From positions 124,001-188,000 of the forward strand of contig QPMI01000399.1 in NCBI GenBank assembly GCA_004431415.1: a stretch of DNA of 64,000 nucleotides, written 5' to 3'. The stretch is from Cyanophora paradoxa CCMP329 (Eukaryota > Plantae > Glaucophyta). The notes beneath the pieces were generated by a model. The model saw only the letters and a program-made list of their open reading frames with translations, ran no database searches and was not told the DNA's origin. Each line of letters begins with the position of its first letter. The first letter of the stretch is position 1. The position numbers and the translations under genes were made by a program. Of the stretch, positions 45,710 through 59,558 are shown piece after piece.

Positions 45710-47564
45710 ATGGCATCAGGCTCCAGCTACGCGGAGGGAATCGAGGAGAGGCCAGGCACCGCGAGGTGCGCCGCCGCGCCCGCCGACAGGCGTCTCGCAG
45801 ACCTTGTGCTGCAGGCCGCAAACCGCAAGCTCTGGCAAATTGAAACGCTTCCTTCTGCGATACTATCCGCCGGGGATCATCCTGGAGTACGAGCAGAATG
45901 GGGAGATGAAGAGCAAGTCCATCGACCTGCTTAGCCTCACCGTCGAGTACGCCGGCCCCTCGGCCCCGCCTTGGCTTTTGTTTCGAGATTAGAGCCCACC
46001 TTGCAGCACGGACGTTGAGGCGCTCCTTACACAAATGGTCCGCAATGAGCCTTTGCTCTCCGAATCGCGCAAACCCCAAGTTCGGAAGCTCGTATACAGT
46101 GCGGCTTTCTTTCTTCCCAAAGCCGTCGTCTTGTGCGACCGGCGCGCGGCAGAGCTCATTGAGAAGCTCGACACAAATGACGACCAGAACTTCTACTTGT
46201 TCAAGATCCTGCGCGCCCACATCCTGCCCCTGACCAACTGCGCTTTCAACAAGAGCGGAGACAAGTACGCGAAGTGGTGGCTCGAAGCCGCGCCGGTGCT
46301 CTGAGGGCCAGACCGACACAGGTTTATCACCGGGAGCTACGACCGGACGTGCAAGGTGTGGAACACCTTCACTGGGGAAGAGCTCTTGACGCTCGAGGGC
46401 CACAAGAACGTCGTGTACGCGATCGCCTTCAACAATCCCTTCGGGTGCGCTGTGCTCGCCCCGTCAGCGAGTCGCGCCGACGCATCCTCAGCGACAAAAT
46501 CATTACGGGCTCCTTCGACAAAACCTGTAAGGTGGGCATGGACGTGATTCCGGGGATGCGTGCGTTCCGCAAGTCTTACGCGGGCGGCGTCAGGTTTGGA
46601 ACTCGGAGACGGGCGAGCTGTACCACACTCTGCGGGGGCACCTGACGGAGATCGTCTGCCTCTCATTCAACCCGCAAGGGACGATCATCGCAACGGGCTC
46701 CATGGACAACACCGCCAAGCTCTGGGACGTCGAGACCGGCCGTGAGCTCTGCACGCTCCTGGTCCGCCGCCCCGCGCCGCGCCGCGCCGCGCGGCACCGT
46801 CCGACAGCACGCGGGCCGCTGGCAGGGCCACTCGGCGGAGATCGTGAGCCTGTGCTTCAGCACGGCCGGCGACCGCATCATCACGGGCTCCTTCGACCAT
46901 ACCACCAAGGTCTGGGACGTCAAGACCGGCCGGTGCGGCCCCAGCCGCCCGCCCACCCGCCCCGCCGCGGGCCCCGCTGACCGCCGGCGGCAGGTGCATA
47001 CACACGCTGGCGGGCCACCGAGGCGAGATTTCCAGCACGCAGTTCGACTGGACGGGGGACCTCTGCATCACGGGCTCGATTGACCGCACCTGCAAGATAT
47101 GGAACGTCAACACGGGGCAGTGCATTCAGACGCTGCGGTGCGCGCCGCCGGCCTCGAAGGGCGTCGCGCGGGGGCGCTGAGGGCGGGGGCGGGGCAGGGG
47201 CCACAACGACGAGATCCTGGACGTGGCGTTCAACGCGACGGGGAGCAAGCTGGTGACGGCCTCGGCGGACGGGACGGCGCGCGTATACAACACGATGACG
47301 GGCGCCTGCCTCTCGATCCTCGTCGGCCACGAGGGGGAGATCTCCAAGGTGGCCTTCAACCCGCAAGGCACCAAGGTCATCACCGCGAGCAGCGACCGCA
47401 CGTGCCGCATCTGGTCCGTCGAGAGCCGCGGCGCGGAGCCGGGCGAGTGCCTGCAGGTGCTCGAGGGCCACACGGACGAGATCTTCTCGTGCGCCTTCAA
47501 CTACGAGGGGGACACCATCATCACCGGCTCCAAGGACAACACCTGCCGCATCTGGAAGTGCTAG
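45710..47564 (+). CDS. DAW1: Dynein assembly factor with WD repeats 1 (ODA16/WDR69)
   Basis: [25 protein letters not shown]; [24 protein letters not shown]; [11 protein letters not shown]; [31 protein letters not shown]. Confidence 0.97.
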
Positions 47565-47753
47565 ACCCCCCGCCCCCGACCGCCTGCCCGACCCCCCTCG
47601 GCCCCCGCCCTCCTCCCATCATCCCCGCCCTGGCTGTGCCACGCTTTCTGCAAACGCACGCGAGCTTCTTGCATCGCACATGAGCACGGTCTCGCCGCGC
47701 GCACTGCAGCCGCCCGCTAGCTGCCACGCAGCGTGCTAACAGCAGCCGGCCGG

Positions 47754-50700
47754 CTAGTCCGAGTCGTCGGCGCCGCCGTCGGCCGCCATGGCGCGGCGGC
47801 GGCTGCTGATCCGCTCCATCATCACCCGGTGGATGTCCTCCGCCGCGCTCCCCGGCCCCGGGCCCCGCGCCGCTGGCCCCACTCCCCGCGCCGCCGGCCC
47901 CGGCCCAGCCGCCGCCGGGCGGGCGGGGCGGTGGAGGGGCGGCGGCACGGCAGGAGCGGGCAGCGGGGAGCCCCGCGGCTGCGGGGCGAGGCCTGCCCCC
48001 CGGACGCCTCGAGGCCGGTCTTGCGGAGGCTTTCGCTCTGGAGAGGGGTCAGCGGGGCGGGGAGGGGTGAGGCGGGGCGGGGCGGGGACGCACAGAGAAG
48101 GTGCGTATCTCGTCGTTGAGGAGGGAGCGGGCGTGGGGCGCGCCCTGCCCCCGCGGGGCCCTCCTCGATCGTCGGCATCGCCGCGAGAGGTCGGCGCCCC
48201 GCGGGGCCCGCGGCGGAGCGAGCGGCTGCTGCTGCTGCTGCTGCGGGGCCGAGGGCGGGGGCGGGGCGGGGCGGGGCGGAGGAGCGCTCGAGGCGCTCCT
48301 GCGCCTCGCGGAGGTACCGCTGCACCGCGTCGCCCCCGAAGGCCAGCGAAGAGGGGAGGGCCGGCCCCGGCGGGGGCGGCGGGGGCGGCAGCCCGAGCGC
48401 AAGCGCGCCGAGGGGCGTCCCGAGGCCGAGGCCGGCCCCGTTGTGGAGGGCCGGGGCGTGCAAGGCGTGCCCCGGGGCGGGCGCGGGGGCGCCGCGCGGG
48501 GCGGCCTCCTCGTCGCTGGAGTCCGGGTCGGGGCGCCAGGGGCCGGCGTGCGGGGCAGGGCGGGCGGGGGCGAGGAGGCCGCGCTGGCGCTGGAGGGCGG
48601 CCTTGAGGGCGGCGAGCTGCCGCGCGTGCTCCCCGACCTCCTCGTCCTTGGCGAGCTTGAGGGCCGAGAGGGCGGCGTCCAGCGAGCGCGTGAGGTCCTC
48701 CTGCTGCTCCAGCCGGCCCCGCGCGTGCTCCAGCTCGCTCCGCGCGTGCTCCAGCTCCCGCTCCCGGGCCCGCAGCTCGGCCGCCACGCGCCGGTGCTCG
48801 TCCCACGAGAGGCCCTTCGAGAGGCGCTGCACGGCCGCCACGAGCTCGTCGCGCTCCGCGAGGAAGGCGCGGTGCTCCTCCTCCCGCGCCGCCTCCCGCG
48901 CCCGCGCCTCCGCCTGCTCGCGCTTTTTGGCGAGGAGGAACTCGTCGCGCTCGCGGCGCCACTGCTCGAGCAGCGCCTCGCTGCGGCGCACGCGCGCCTC
49001 CGCCTCCTCCGCGTCCATGCGGCGCGCCTCGAGCTCGACGCCGAGCGCCCGCACCATGTCCTCCGCCTTCAGCACCCGCTCCGCCGCCCCGTCCGCCTCC
49101 GCCCCCTTCTTCTTCAGCAGCGCCTCGTAGTGCGCCTTGAGCCGCTCCCCGCGCCCCTGCTCCTCGCGGAGGGCCCCCTCGAGCTTCCGCCGCTCCTCCG
49201 CCTCCCGCCCCTTCGCCTCCGCCAGGTCCTGCAGCTGCGCGCTGCCCCCGCCCCCGTCGCGCCCCGCCAAGCGGCCCCCCCCCCCCCCCCCCCCCGCGCC
49301 CCGCCGCACCTCATCGCCTCGAACTCGCGCGCCCGCTCGCCGGCCGCCCGCGCCCGCGCCTCGAGGGCTCGCACGCGCTCCTCCAGCGCCGCCCGCTCCG
49401 CCTCCGCCGCCTGCCGCCCCCGCCGCGCCTCCGCCAGCTCCGCATCCCGCTGCCCCCGCCGCCGGTCAGGGGCCGCCCAGTGCGGCGGGGCGGGGCGGGC
49501 GGCGCACGTCCTGGAGGGCAGAGGAGGCGCCCTGCAGCTCCCGCGCGGCCGCCTGCGCCGCCTCGAGCTCCGCCGCCTGCGGCGGGCGTCGGCCCGGCGG
49601 GCTGGGGGCGGCCCCTGTGGCGGGGCGCACGAGGCGGTCGCGGGCGGCGGCTGCGGCCTCGAGCTGCAGGGCGCGCTCCTGCTGGGCGGCGAGGGCGCGG
49701 CGCAGGCCCTCGGCCTCCTCGTCGGCCCGGCGCGCGGCCGCCTCCCGCTCGCGGGCGCGCGCGAGCAGCTCCGCCTCCGCCGCCTGCAGACGCGCCTCGA
49801 GGGCCGCGACGTGCGCCTCCCGCGCCGGCGCCCCGCGCTCGCCGGCGCCGGCCGCCTCCAGGGCCTCCAGCCGCGAGAGGAGGACGGCCTTCTCGGCGGC
49901 GCGCGCCTCGAGGGCGGCCGCGCTCAGGCCCGCCTCGTGCTCGAGCTGCCGCCCCCGCGCCTGCAGCTGCGCCAGCGCCGCGTCCTGCCCGCCCCCGTCA
50001 GGCCCGCCCAGCCGCGCCCATCCCCCAGCGCTGCGGGCCGCCGGGACGCGCCTTCTGGGCCATCTCGACGGCGACGGCCTCCCGCTCGCGGCGGGCGGCG
50101 TCGAGCACGCGCCGCTGGAGGGCCGCCAGCTGGCCCCGCAGCTCCCCCACCTCCGTATCCCGCCCCGCCCGCGCCTCCCGCAGCTGCCGCGCTCCGCGTC
50201 GGGCCCTGCCCCCGGCCCGCCGGACGGCGCGCGGGCCGGCGAACCTCGGCAGCGAGCGCATCGGCGTGGCGCCTGAGGTCCGTGGCGGGTCCCGCGGCGG
50301 CCTCGAGCGACGCCCGCGCCGCCCGCTCGGCCAGCAGCTCCCGCCGCAGCGCCTCGCACTCCCGCCTCGCCTCCTCCACGGCCGCCTCCTTGATCACCTG
50401 CAGGTCCCGACAGCGCGCCGAGAGCTGCTCGCACTCCCGCCGCAGCCGATCCTGCTCCTCTGCCCGCCGCCCGTCGGCCGCCGCCGCCTGCATCGCCGCC
50501 ACCTGCGCCCGCGCCGCATCCACCGCGGCCGCCGCGTCGGCCCCGGCCGGCCACCGCGCCTGCACCGAGGGGGACGCCGGCCGCGCCGCAGAAGCTGACG
50601 GGGGGCGTGCCACGGCGGGCCCCGAGCGCAGCGGCGTGGAGGCTCGCGCTGCCGAGGCGTCAGCGGTACGCCGGTCCGTGTGCCGTGCGTCTATACGAGC

Positions 50701-52298
50701 GTACCGGCCGCGGACACAGAGGCCGCCCCGAACGAGGGCGCCGATGCCGTTTCGCCCGTTGTGTGCAGCTCCGCGAGGGCAGCGGGGGGCGCGCTACTTG
50801 GGTCCGCCGGCGCGGACCGGATAACTAGGACGGGGCCTGAGGAGGCCGCGACCGCGTGCTGGGCGGGCTGCGCTGCTGAAGAGGGCCGGGCGAGCCTCGA
50901 GACCATGTCTGCGCTCCCCCCTGCCGCCACGTCAGAGGCCACGGCGCGGGGGCGCGATTCGGGATGAAGCGCTGGGGCACGCCTCTGGACCCAGAGGAGA
51001 GAAGCGTGCGCCAGGGAGACTCGGCCCGCGCCGGGGCGGCACTGGCGCTTGCCCCGCTTCCCGAAGCAGCGACGTAAGGGGAGGGTGAGGCGGGCCGAGA
51101 CGCCCGGCCGGCGGTAAATGCGCTGGCGACGCCCAAACCGGAGGCTGCCGCGCTCGGGAGCAGGCCGGTGCTACCGGCACGCATGGGCGAAGGCTGCCGC
51201 GCCGCCGCGGACGGGGCGGGCGAGGCGGGGCGGGAGTTGCGGAGCAGCGGGGACGCGGCGCGCACAGCGCCCGGGCCGGAATCCCTCCGGGCGGGGGACA
51301 GGTAGCGTGCAGTGATGCCTGCTGCCATCTCGGGTGCCGCCGGGCTCGCCGGGCCGCCCTCGGTGCGTGCCCGAATCAGGAGGAGCGATAGCTCCGTGTG
51401 GCCCTTTTGCGACGCCAAGTCCAGCGGGGTCCTGCGCAGGGGACGCCTGAGGGCTCGTCCCGGAGCACAAGCATCCCTTTGGCCGCACCTGCCGAAGTTG
51501 TTCTTGGACTCTGAGCTGCCCCCTCCGCGTCTGAGCGCATCCAAAATCACAGACGCGCAGGCCACGTCGCCGAGCCGAGCGGCCGCGTGCAGCGGCGTGT
51601 CCTTAAAATTGTCCTCAGCGTCCACCGCCGCTCCGCTCTCGATAAGCAGGCTGACAATCTCCTTGTTCCTGGGCAACGGCACCTCGCATGAGCGAGTCCG
51701 AAAAAAGGGAAGGAAAACAAAGAAGTCGAACCCTGCCATCACGGCCGCGTGCAGCGGTGTCTGCCCGCTATTGTTCTTGCTCCGGATGTCCGCGCCGCGC
51801 GAGATAAGCAGCTGCGTGCTCTCGATCGCATTCGCCGATACAGCAGCATGCAGCGGCGACTTTCCGTTTTTCGACTGGACGTTGACATCTGTGAGCGGAG
51901 ATGGAGACGGTGAGCGGAGCCTGGTGGATGGCGGGGTCGGCGAAGCGCTGGGCACCAGCGCCCTTGTCGAGCAGGAGCGCCGCGCACGTGGCCTTGTCGG
52001 ACATCACGGCGAGGTGCAGCGGCGTGTAACCGTTGTTGTCTTTGCAGTCTACGGGCGAGCCGTGGTCCAGCAGCATCTGCACCACCTCGGCGACCCCTGA
52101 CATCGCCGCGAAGTGAAGGGGGCAGCGGCCGTGCACCTGGGGCAGCGGAAATCAGATCTATGGACCTCGGCGCGGAATCGAGGCTCGGCGAAGCCGGTGG
52201 CGCACGGGCTCCTGCTTCAGCGCCTCGGCTGGGCTCTGGTCCACGAGCACGGCGACCTGGACCACGTCGCCGGCCATGGCGTCTTCGTGGAGCCCCAT
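47754..52298 (-). CDS. Ankyrin-repeat protein with long C-terminal coiled coil
   Basis: GRCPLHFAA, GYTPLHLAV, GKSPLHAAV, GQTPLHAAV, KDTPLHAAA and TPLDLAS, followed by E/A/R/L-rich heptad exons and ending MMERISSRRRAMAADGGADDSD. Confidence 0.85.
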
Positions 52299-52427
52299 CG
52301 CCGCAAGGCGACTCTTTCCCGTTGCCTATTTTTCGCTCGCGTACCCCTTCACCAGTTCGCATTCGGCGGACTTGGTGGAAGGCAGCCCTCGGACGTAGCT
52401 GCGCGGCCCCAGCCGCACCCATACTGC

Positions 52428-53272
52428 ATGGCCGGTGCGGCACGAACGCTATCGGCCCAGTTGCCGGAGGGGGCACTCGCCGAGCAGCTGAAACCCATCC
52501 TTCGGGTCGAGAGGTTCGCGTTGTCCCTGAAGCGTTTCCTTCCCGGCCTCAGTGCCGCCCAGCGACCATGCCCTCCCAAAGAGCTCGACTGGCTCGCCCC
52601 GCGTGGAGAAGCCGATCCGGCGCGCGTCGAGCACAGCGGCGCTGCAGGCGAAGATTCCAGTAGCGGTGCCCGCTACCTTGCCGCGCCGATCCGGCCTCTG
52701 CTCGCGCAATCCGTCCTGACCATCCGGTCTAGCACGCGCTGCGGCGGAACAACTCGCGCGAGAAGGAGCTTCGGAAGCTCGCGCTGTTACACAGGCAGGA
52801 GAAGATCCCAGAAGAGGGCGCACTTGTCGACTTCCCGCCGCTGCAGCCCGGCCCGATGAAGGTCCACGTGCGGACGCCGCGGCGGAGGGGCTCCAGCTCG
52901 CAGGGGCGCCTCCGCCGCAACGATTCCGGTGCATAGTCGCGTTATGCGGAACTTAGCGCTGCGTGCGGGATGACATCCGGCGGCAGAGGTCTTCAAGTTT
53001 GAGGAGGACGCCTCGAGCCAGTGCTCGTCGCCCCGCATGCAACGCACCTTCAGCGACAGCACTCTGAGCGAATCAGGTGCGGCAGTGCCGCCGCGTCTCG
53101 CCGGGGGCGGCTGCGGCGGTTTGAAGGGCCGGCAGGGTGGAGCGACGACAACGGGAGCGTGGACTGCTTCATGGACGGGAGCCGGGCCGCGACGTCGGGG
53201 CCGATCTCGATACCCCCGCGGGCCCCGTCGGGCGACGACTACCCGCCGCTGGCCATGGACCAGCGGTCGTGA
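52428..53272 (+). CDS. Hypothetical multi-exon protein
   Basis: Plausible exons MAGAARTL.., LRRNNSREKELRKLALLHRQEKIPEEG, EVFKFEEDASSQCSSPRMQRTFSDSTLSES and WSDDNGSVDCFMDG, with GT-AG gaps. Confidence 0.4.
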
Positions 53273-53463
53273 GGGCGGGGATGCGGCTGGCCTCAGGGTC
53301 CGGCCGGGGTTGGGTTTAGAGCGTACAGCTGGGGCTTTAGATAGGACGCGTTTCAACTTCGTCTCCACACAATTTTGTCTTCTCTAGCTTGGGTCAGGGT
53401 CGCTGTGATTTCAATTGAGAGCGTTGCCAGGGCTTGGCGTGCCCGCAGGGGGGCCGCGCCACA

Positions 53464-56400
53464 TCAGAGGCCGAAGCGGTGCGGGGCGCGCGCCGGCGTG
53501 CTCGGCTCCCGTCGGCCCGGCGTCACGATCAGCGACCGCCTGCGGGGGACGGAGTGAGGTGCGGAACTATGCGCGGGGTGCGCGCGGGGGAACAGCGCGC
53601 ACGCCGGGGTGGGGCCGGCGCGGGGCGCGGCGTTGGGGCCGGCGGTGGGCGGGCGGGGCAGCTCCTGCGGGGGCGTGAGGCGGGCGCTGGGCGGGGCGGG
53701 GAGGGGCGGGGCGGGCCCTGCGGGCGGTGGCGGCGGCCATCTCGTCGGCCATGCGGGCGGCCTCCTCGCGCTCGCGGCGGCGCTTCTCGAGGCGGGAGCG
53801 GTAGTCCTCCTTGATCGAGTAGAAGGCGGGGGCGAGGTCGGCGAGCCAGCGCGGCTCGACGGCCGTCACGCACTGCATGTACTCCTTGCTCGTCATCACC
53901 AGCTCGTGGTAGACGACGTAGTCCGGCGTGTAGCCCAGGCCGTAGAGGGCCGAGGACGGGTGCAGGTGCGCCGGCATGCCGCTCCGCACGTTCAGGTACT
54001 CCCCGATGCCCTTGAGGCGGGCGCAGTGGAAGAAGTAGGCGGCGCAGATGGCCTTGCGCACGAGGTCCCAGTTGGTCCCGCAGCTCGCCGCCTCCACGCG
54101 CTGCTGCGCCATGATGTCCAGCAGCTGCGAGCGCACCTCCCGCACCTGCCCCGCCGCCCCTCAGCCCCCGCCCCGCCCCGCCCCGCGCCGCCGGCCGGGG
54201 GCGCGCCTTGCGCATGGCCTTGACGTGGATGAAGTGCTCGCCGCACCACTCGCCCGAGTAGCCGGCGTGCTTCCACTGCTGGTAGACGTGCAGCAGCGTC
54301 AGGTGGTCGCTCTCCGGCACGAAGAACTTCTCCCGCGCCGCGTCGCTCTCCTCCGCCCGGTCCTTGGGCCGGAAGAAGAGCGTCGGCACCGACAGGCAGC
54401 TCACGATCGTCTGCGGCGCGTCGGCGGCGACAGCGGGGGCGGCGCGGCGCGGGGGGCGATGCGGCGGGCGGGCGGCGGGGCGGGGCGCACGAGGACTTCG
54501 GAGGCGCAGCCGAAGCGCTCGCCCTGGAGGAGCATGGCGGCGAGGGGCGGGTCCAGGGGGAACTCGACCATCTTGGAGCCGAGGGGCGTGAGGGCGCCCG
54601 TGTTGTCGAGGGCGCCCAGGACCCAGAGCTGGAACATCGAGTTGAGGATGTTCTCGCGCGGCGGCGGGTCCATGAACTCGAACTGCAGCACGTCCTCCAC
54701 CCCCAGCGACTTGAGCAGCAGCACCACGTTCGCCAGATTCGTCCGCTGGATCTCCGGGATCGTGTTCAGCAGCATCTCGCTCCTGTACGCCCGCTCCGTG
54801 TACAGCCGCCAGCAAACCCTGCCGCCCCGCCGTTCAGGTCCGCCCGGCGCCTCCGCCGCGCCCCGCGGTGCGTACCCGGGGCCGGTCCTCCCGGCGCGCC
54901 CCGAGCGCTGGTTGGCGGCGGCTTGCGAGATGGGGGTCACCTGCGGGGCGGGCCGGTGAGGGGCGGAGCATGCGGGGGGAGGGGCGGCGCGGGCCTGGAG
55001 GGCGTCCATGCCGATTTTGGGGTTGTAGCACTTGAGCTTGCAGTAGCCGGTGTCGATGACGTAGAGGATGCCGTCGACGGTGAGCGACGTCTCCGCGATG
55101 TTCGTCGCCACGATGCACTTCCGCAGCCCGTCAGGGGCCCGCTCGAAGATCTTAGCCTGCAGGTCGGCCGGCAGCTGCGAGTAGATGGGGAGGAGGGCGA
55201 GCTTGGGGACGTCGGGCCCGAGCTGCTCGAGGCGCTCGGCGATGACGCCGCAGGTCGTCTCGATGTCCTCCTGGCCCGTCATGAAGATGAGGATGTCGCC
55301 GGGCCCGTGGGAGACGTGGACGGCGATGGCCTGCTTGACGGCGGCGTCGACGAAGTCCTCCTGGGGCACCTTGCTGTAGAGGAGCTCCACGGGGAAGGTC
55401 CGCCCGGGGATGCGGAAGACCGGCACCGACCCGAAGAAGGCGCTGAACTTGTCCGCGTCCAGCGTCGCCGACGTCACGATCAGCTTCAGGTCCCGCCGCC
55501 GCGCCACGATCTTCTTCAGGATCTGCCCCCCGCCCCGCTCGCGTCCGGTCCGGCCCGGCTTGGGGCGGGGCGGGGCGGTGCGGGGACCCCGAAGAGGACG
55601 TCGGTGTGGAGGGAGCGCTCGTGGGCCTCGTCCATGATGATCGCGCTGTACTGCTCCAGGTCGTTCTCCCGCAGCGACTCGCGCAGCATGACGCCGTCCG
55701 TCATGTACTTGATCACCGTCCGCTCCGACGTCGCGTCCTCGAAGCGGATCGCGTAGCCGACCTCCTGCCCCAGCTCCACCCCCATCTCCTCGCTCACCCG
55801 CTTTGCCACCGACATCGCCGCCACGCGCCGCGGCTGCGTGCACCCCACCATCCCGTACGCCGTGTACCCCTCCTCGTGCAGGTACTGCGTCATCTGCGGC
55901 GCGCGTGGGCCGGGGCCGGGGCCGGGGCGGGGCGCGGGGCGGGGGGGGCGGGCCTGGGTGGTCTTGCCGGAGCCCGTCTCGCCGACGATGACGATGACCT
56001 GGTTCTCGGCGATGACCCGCAGCAGCTCCGCCCGCACCTGGAAGATGGGGAGGAACTCGCGCTGCTCGCGCAGGCTCTTGCCCCGCGCGAACTCCGACGC
56101 CGCCTCGCTCGCCTTCAGGTGCTCCTTGAACTGCGAGGCCGCCCGGTAGTCCACCTCCCCCTCCGCCCCCGCCGCCGGCCCCGCCCCCGCCTCCCCCTCC
56201 CCCTCCTTCTTGATCCCCATCGCCTCGCCCATCTGCGGGGCGTCGGCCGCGGGCGGGCGAGGGGGGGCGGCGGGGCGGGGGCGGGCCTTGGAGCCGGCGA
56301 GCTCCCAGAAGCGGTTGCGGGAGACGAGCTTGGCGCGCTCGCGCTGCTCGCGGACCTCGCGGACGAGGCGGGAGCCCTTGCGGGCGACGGCGGCGAGGTC

Positions 56401-57924
56401 CGACGTCGGGTCCCGCACCACCGCCGCCGCCTCCTGCGCCCTGTACTCCGCCGCGTGCCCCGCGAGGAAGGGCGGCCGGATGTCGTGCACGAGCACGTGC
56501 AGCCGGCTCTCCTGCTCGTCGTCGAACTCGGTGGCCACCTCCGTCTGCCGCACCACGCCGCTCGTCGTCAGCCGGTCCAGCTCCCACCGCTCGTTGTCCT
56601 CGTGCGCCTGCGCCTGCCGCGCCGAGAGCCGCTTGATCTGCCGCTTCACGAGCTCCGCCTCGCGGGCCGCCCACTTCGCCTCGTCCCCCACGAAGGGGTC
56701 GCGGCCCTCCACGAGGGTGCCCCCCTCCTCCGCGTCGTACCACTCCCGGTCCATCCTCCGCTCCTCCTCCTCGTCCGCCTCCGCACCCACGGGCCCCGCC
56801 CCCGCCGGGCCCCCGGCCGCCGCCCCGGGGGGCCCCCTCTGCCCCACGGCCGCCGCCCGATCCCCGGCCTCGCCGACGCCCGCCGCCGCCTCCGCCCGCT
56901 GCCGGTGCTCCCGATCGCGCCGCTCGCGGTCCTGCCGCGGGGGAGGGGGGCCTCAGCGCTGCGAAGCGGAGCCTGCGCGGGCGCCGCACCGCGCGCCACG
57001 AGCCGTAGCGGTCGCGGGCACTCCGCGGGCTCTCCCCGGGGCCCTCCAGCTCCGCTGGTCGGAGTGGCGTCGGGGCCCACTCGTCCTCCCGCAGCGGCCG
57101 CGTCCGGTCCGTGTCGCGCGTGCCGCCGCGGCTGCGCGCCGCGCCGCCCACCGTCGTCAGCGGCGTCGGCGCGTCGAAGTCCCGCTGCCACTTCGCTTGC
57201 CGCCCTTCCGCGCCGCGCGGCTCCTCCAGCTGTCGCTTCACGCCCCAGGACCCTTGCCGCGCCTCTTGCGGCCGACCCCCCGGCCCGGCGACAGGGCCCC
57301 GCCCCGCCCCGGCCGCCGGGCCCCGCGAGCGGTAGTGGTGCGCGTGCTGAGCCCGGCGCTCCGCGGAGAAGGCGGGGCCGGCGTCGCTGGCCTCGCATTC
57401 GGGCTCCTCTGCGGCGAGGAACTCCTGCGCGGCCGCGGGGGCCACCGCCCCGCGCCGCTCCTCTCTCGCGAGCCTCTCGCGCTCCTCGCGCTTGGCGACG
57501 GCGAGTTTGTCGAGGCCGAGCAGGGAGGCCCCCCGCGGGGCTGCGAAGACGTGCTTCTCGTTCGCTGCAGGGCGCTTCACGACGAGGCCGCCCTGCGTCG
57601 GTGCGGTGCCCTCGAGGCGGTCCATCGCCTTCCCCGCGAACGCGCTCTTCTCGTCGGCGTTCAGCCCGACCATCACCTTCTGGTAAAGCAGGCTCAACGT
57701 GTCCTCGCGGAACGGCGCGTACACCAAGCATGCTGCGAGGGGATGAGCGGCGCGGGATAGCCGGCGCGCGCGCGAGAACCTCTTTTGAACTCGTCAACAT
57801 TGTCGCGGTGCTTGATCCCCTCGCCGATGATGCGCTTGGCTAGCGTGCGGTTTGTCCCCGATAGGCTCAGAGCCCGAGAAGCGACGAGCGCCACCTCCTC
57901 CTGCAGCGTGGCGCTGTCCGCCAT
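53464..57924 (-). CDS. DHX38: Pre-mRNA splicing DEAH helicase PRP16
   Basis: [99 protein letters not shown], and C-terminal TP..RFGL. Confidence 0.97.
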
Positions 57925-58031
57925 GCGTTGCTCGGTGTCCACTGATCCGATTCGCTGCACCCCTCTCGTTTTTTTAGCCTAGCATCTCCCCCCAAAACAT
58001 TCTTCGCTAACATTTTCGCGTTTGGACTGCA

Positions 58032-58139
58032 ATGATCTCCGACGTGCAGCTCGGAGTCTTGTCCAACTTCGTGGGCGTAGCGGTCGTCCTGCTCGTCATG
58101 CTGTATTTCTATGTTACCGCCGACCCGCGACAGGAATAG
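58032..58139 (+). CDS. OST4: Oligosaccharyltransferase subunit OST4 (35 aa)
   Basis: MISDVQLGVLSNFVGVAVVLLVMLYFYVTADPRQE resembles [28 protein letters not shown]. It is below the ORF-track size cutoff. Confidence 0.9.
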   Translation: MISDVQLGVLSNFVGVAVVLLVMLYFYVTADPRQE

Positions 58140-58221
58140 TTTGTTGTCTCGCAGTTTTGTGAGAGTGACAATGCCTAGTTTCGTAGTCTGCGTTCGCGGA
58201 GCCCAGAACGCGAATCCATGA

Positions 58222-58524
58222 CCGCCGCTCGGCTCCAGCCCCAACGCCTCGCACTCCCGCCTCGCCTCCTCCACGGCCGCATCCTTGATCACCTGCAGGT
58301 CCAGGAAGTGCACCGAGAGCTCGCTGGAGATCATGCTCGCACTCCCTTCCTGCTCCTCCGCCTGGCGCCCGTCGGCCGCCGCCTGCATTGCCGCCACCTG
58401 CGCTCGCGCCGCATCCACCGTGGCCGCCGCGTCCGCTCCGGCCGGACACCGCGAAGCTCAAGGCAGCGGGGGGCGCGCCACTCTGGTCCGCCGGCGCGGA
58501 CCGGATCATGTAGCCGGGGCCTGA
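58222..58524 (-). pseudogene. Degenerate duplicated fragment of the ankyrin/coiled-coil gene
   Basis: Matches ~50322-50558 joined to ~50778-50840, with substitutions and indels (DLQVIK.AAVEEARRECEAL). Confidence 0.85.
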
Positions 58525-58699
58525 TCATTAAGCTAGGGGCACTGCAGCTGCGCACGCAGCAGTATTACTGTGCGCGGCAGCTACCGTGCAAAGTCTATTG
58601 AAGCCGACCGCCAGGCAAAAAGTCTTCGCGTGCTGGCGTAATGCAATGCACACAAAGTTACACGTGCCCGGTTATTTGCTGTTGGTGTCTGCTAAGATA

Positions 58700-59558
58700 C
58701 AGCCTCTTGGGAACTCCAGATACAGCCTCTTGCAGACACGAATGCCCTATCCTCCACGTCTGTCATCGGATACTGTGCCTTGAAGGGTACGTGGCAGGAC
58801 GGAAGCTCTCGTCAAATTCTCGATCTCCTTTAGCCGGTTTGAGAGAGTCTGCGATTGGGCCTGCTCCGCGGGAGAAAGCACCTGGTGCGCGTATTCTTAG
58901 AGATAGCATACATGTGATGCATTTCGGGGGCGCCTTACCTTCTTTTGCTTCAATTTGTAGAGTGTCGCTCGAATATTTTGCTTCTCCAGCATTAAAGCTT
59001 TATAGTCCAATACAGCGGCCTGCACGATTCTGATGAAACTGCGCGCTCGGCTGTCAGAAGCGAACTGCGTGCACGGAGTTGAAGCACGCTGCGCAGACTG
59101 TTTGCTCTGTGTCTGGGCTTTCACTTGGGAGAGTGCCTTCCTCCACCGGATAGCCGCAGGCCGCACTTCCCCCTGCTCCTCGTGAACGGGGACAGGCGGA
59201 GGCGCCGGGCTTTCCCGGGGCGTCTCATGCTTCGTTTCGTAGGCCTTCAACTGGGCTCGGCGTTGGGTGCGGAGAAACTGCCCCGGCCCACACGGCGGAC
59301 CTGGATCTGTAGCTGCTCGAGCTCCATCTGCTGTGCTGGCGTGAGGTTCTTGATCTGCGGCCCGAGTGAGTAAGACGTGATGCAAGAACCCCTGCGGGTC
59401 TGATCGCAGGCGACCTGCTTCAGCTGATAGACCCGCGTTCGGATGCGGAGCTTCGCCTCTGCGGGGTCCTCCGGCCCGGTGTTTGCAGTGAAAATCCCAA
59501 ACCGGCTCCCCCGCCGGTTGTGCAGGATCGGGTCCCCCGCGTCCGCCACCTTCGCCAT
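58700..59558 (-). CDS. Hypothetical multi-exon protein
   Basis: MAKVADAGDPILH..KLRIRTRVYQLKQ / IKNLTPAQQMELEQLQIQ / ..LDYKALMLEKQNIRATLYKLKQKK. The 3' end is uncertain. Confidence 0.5.
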
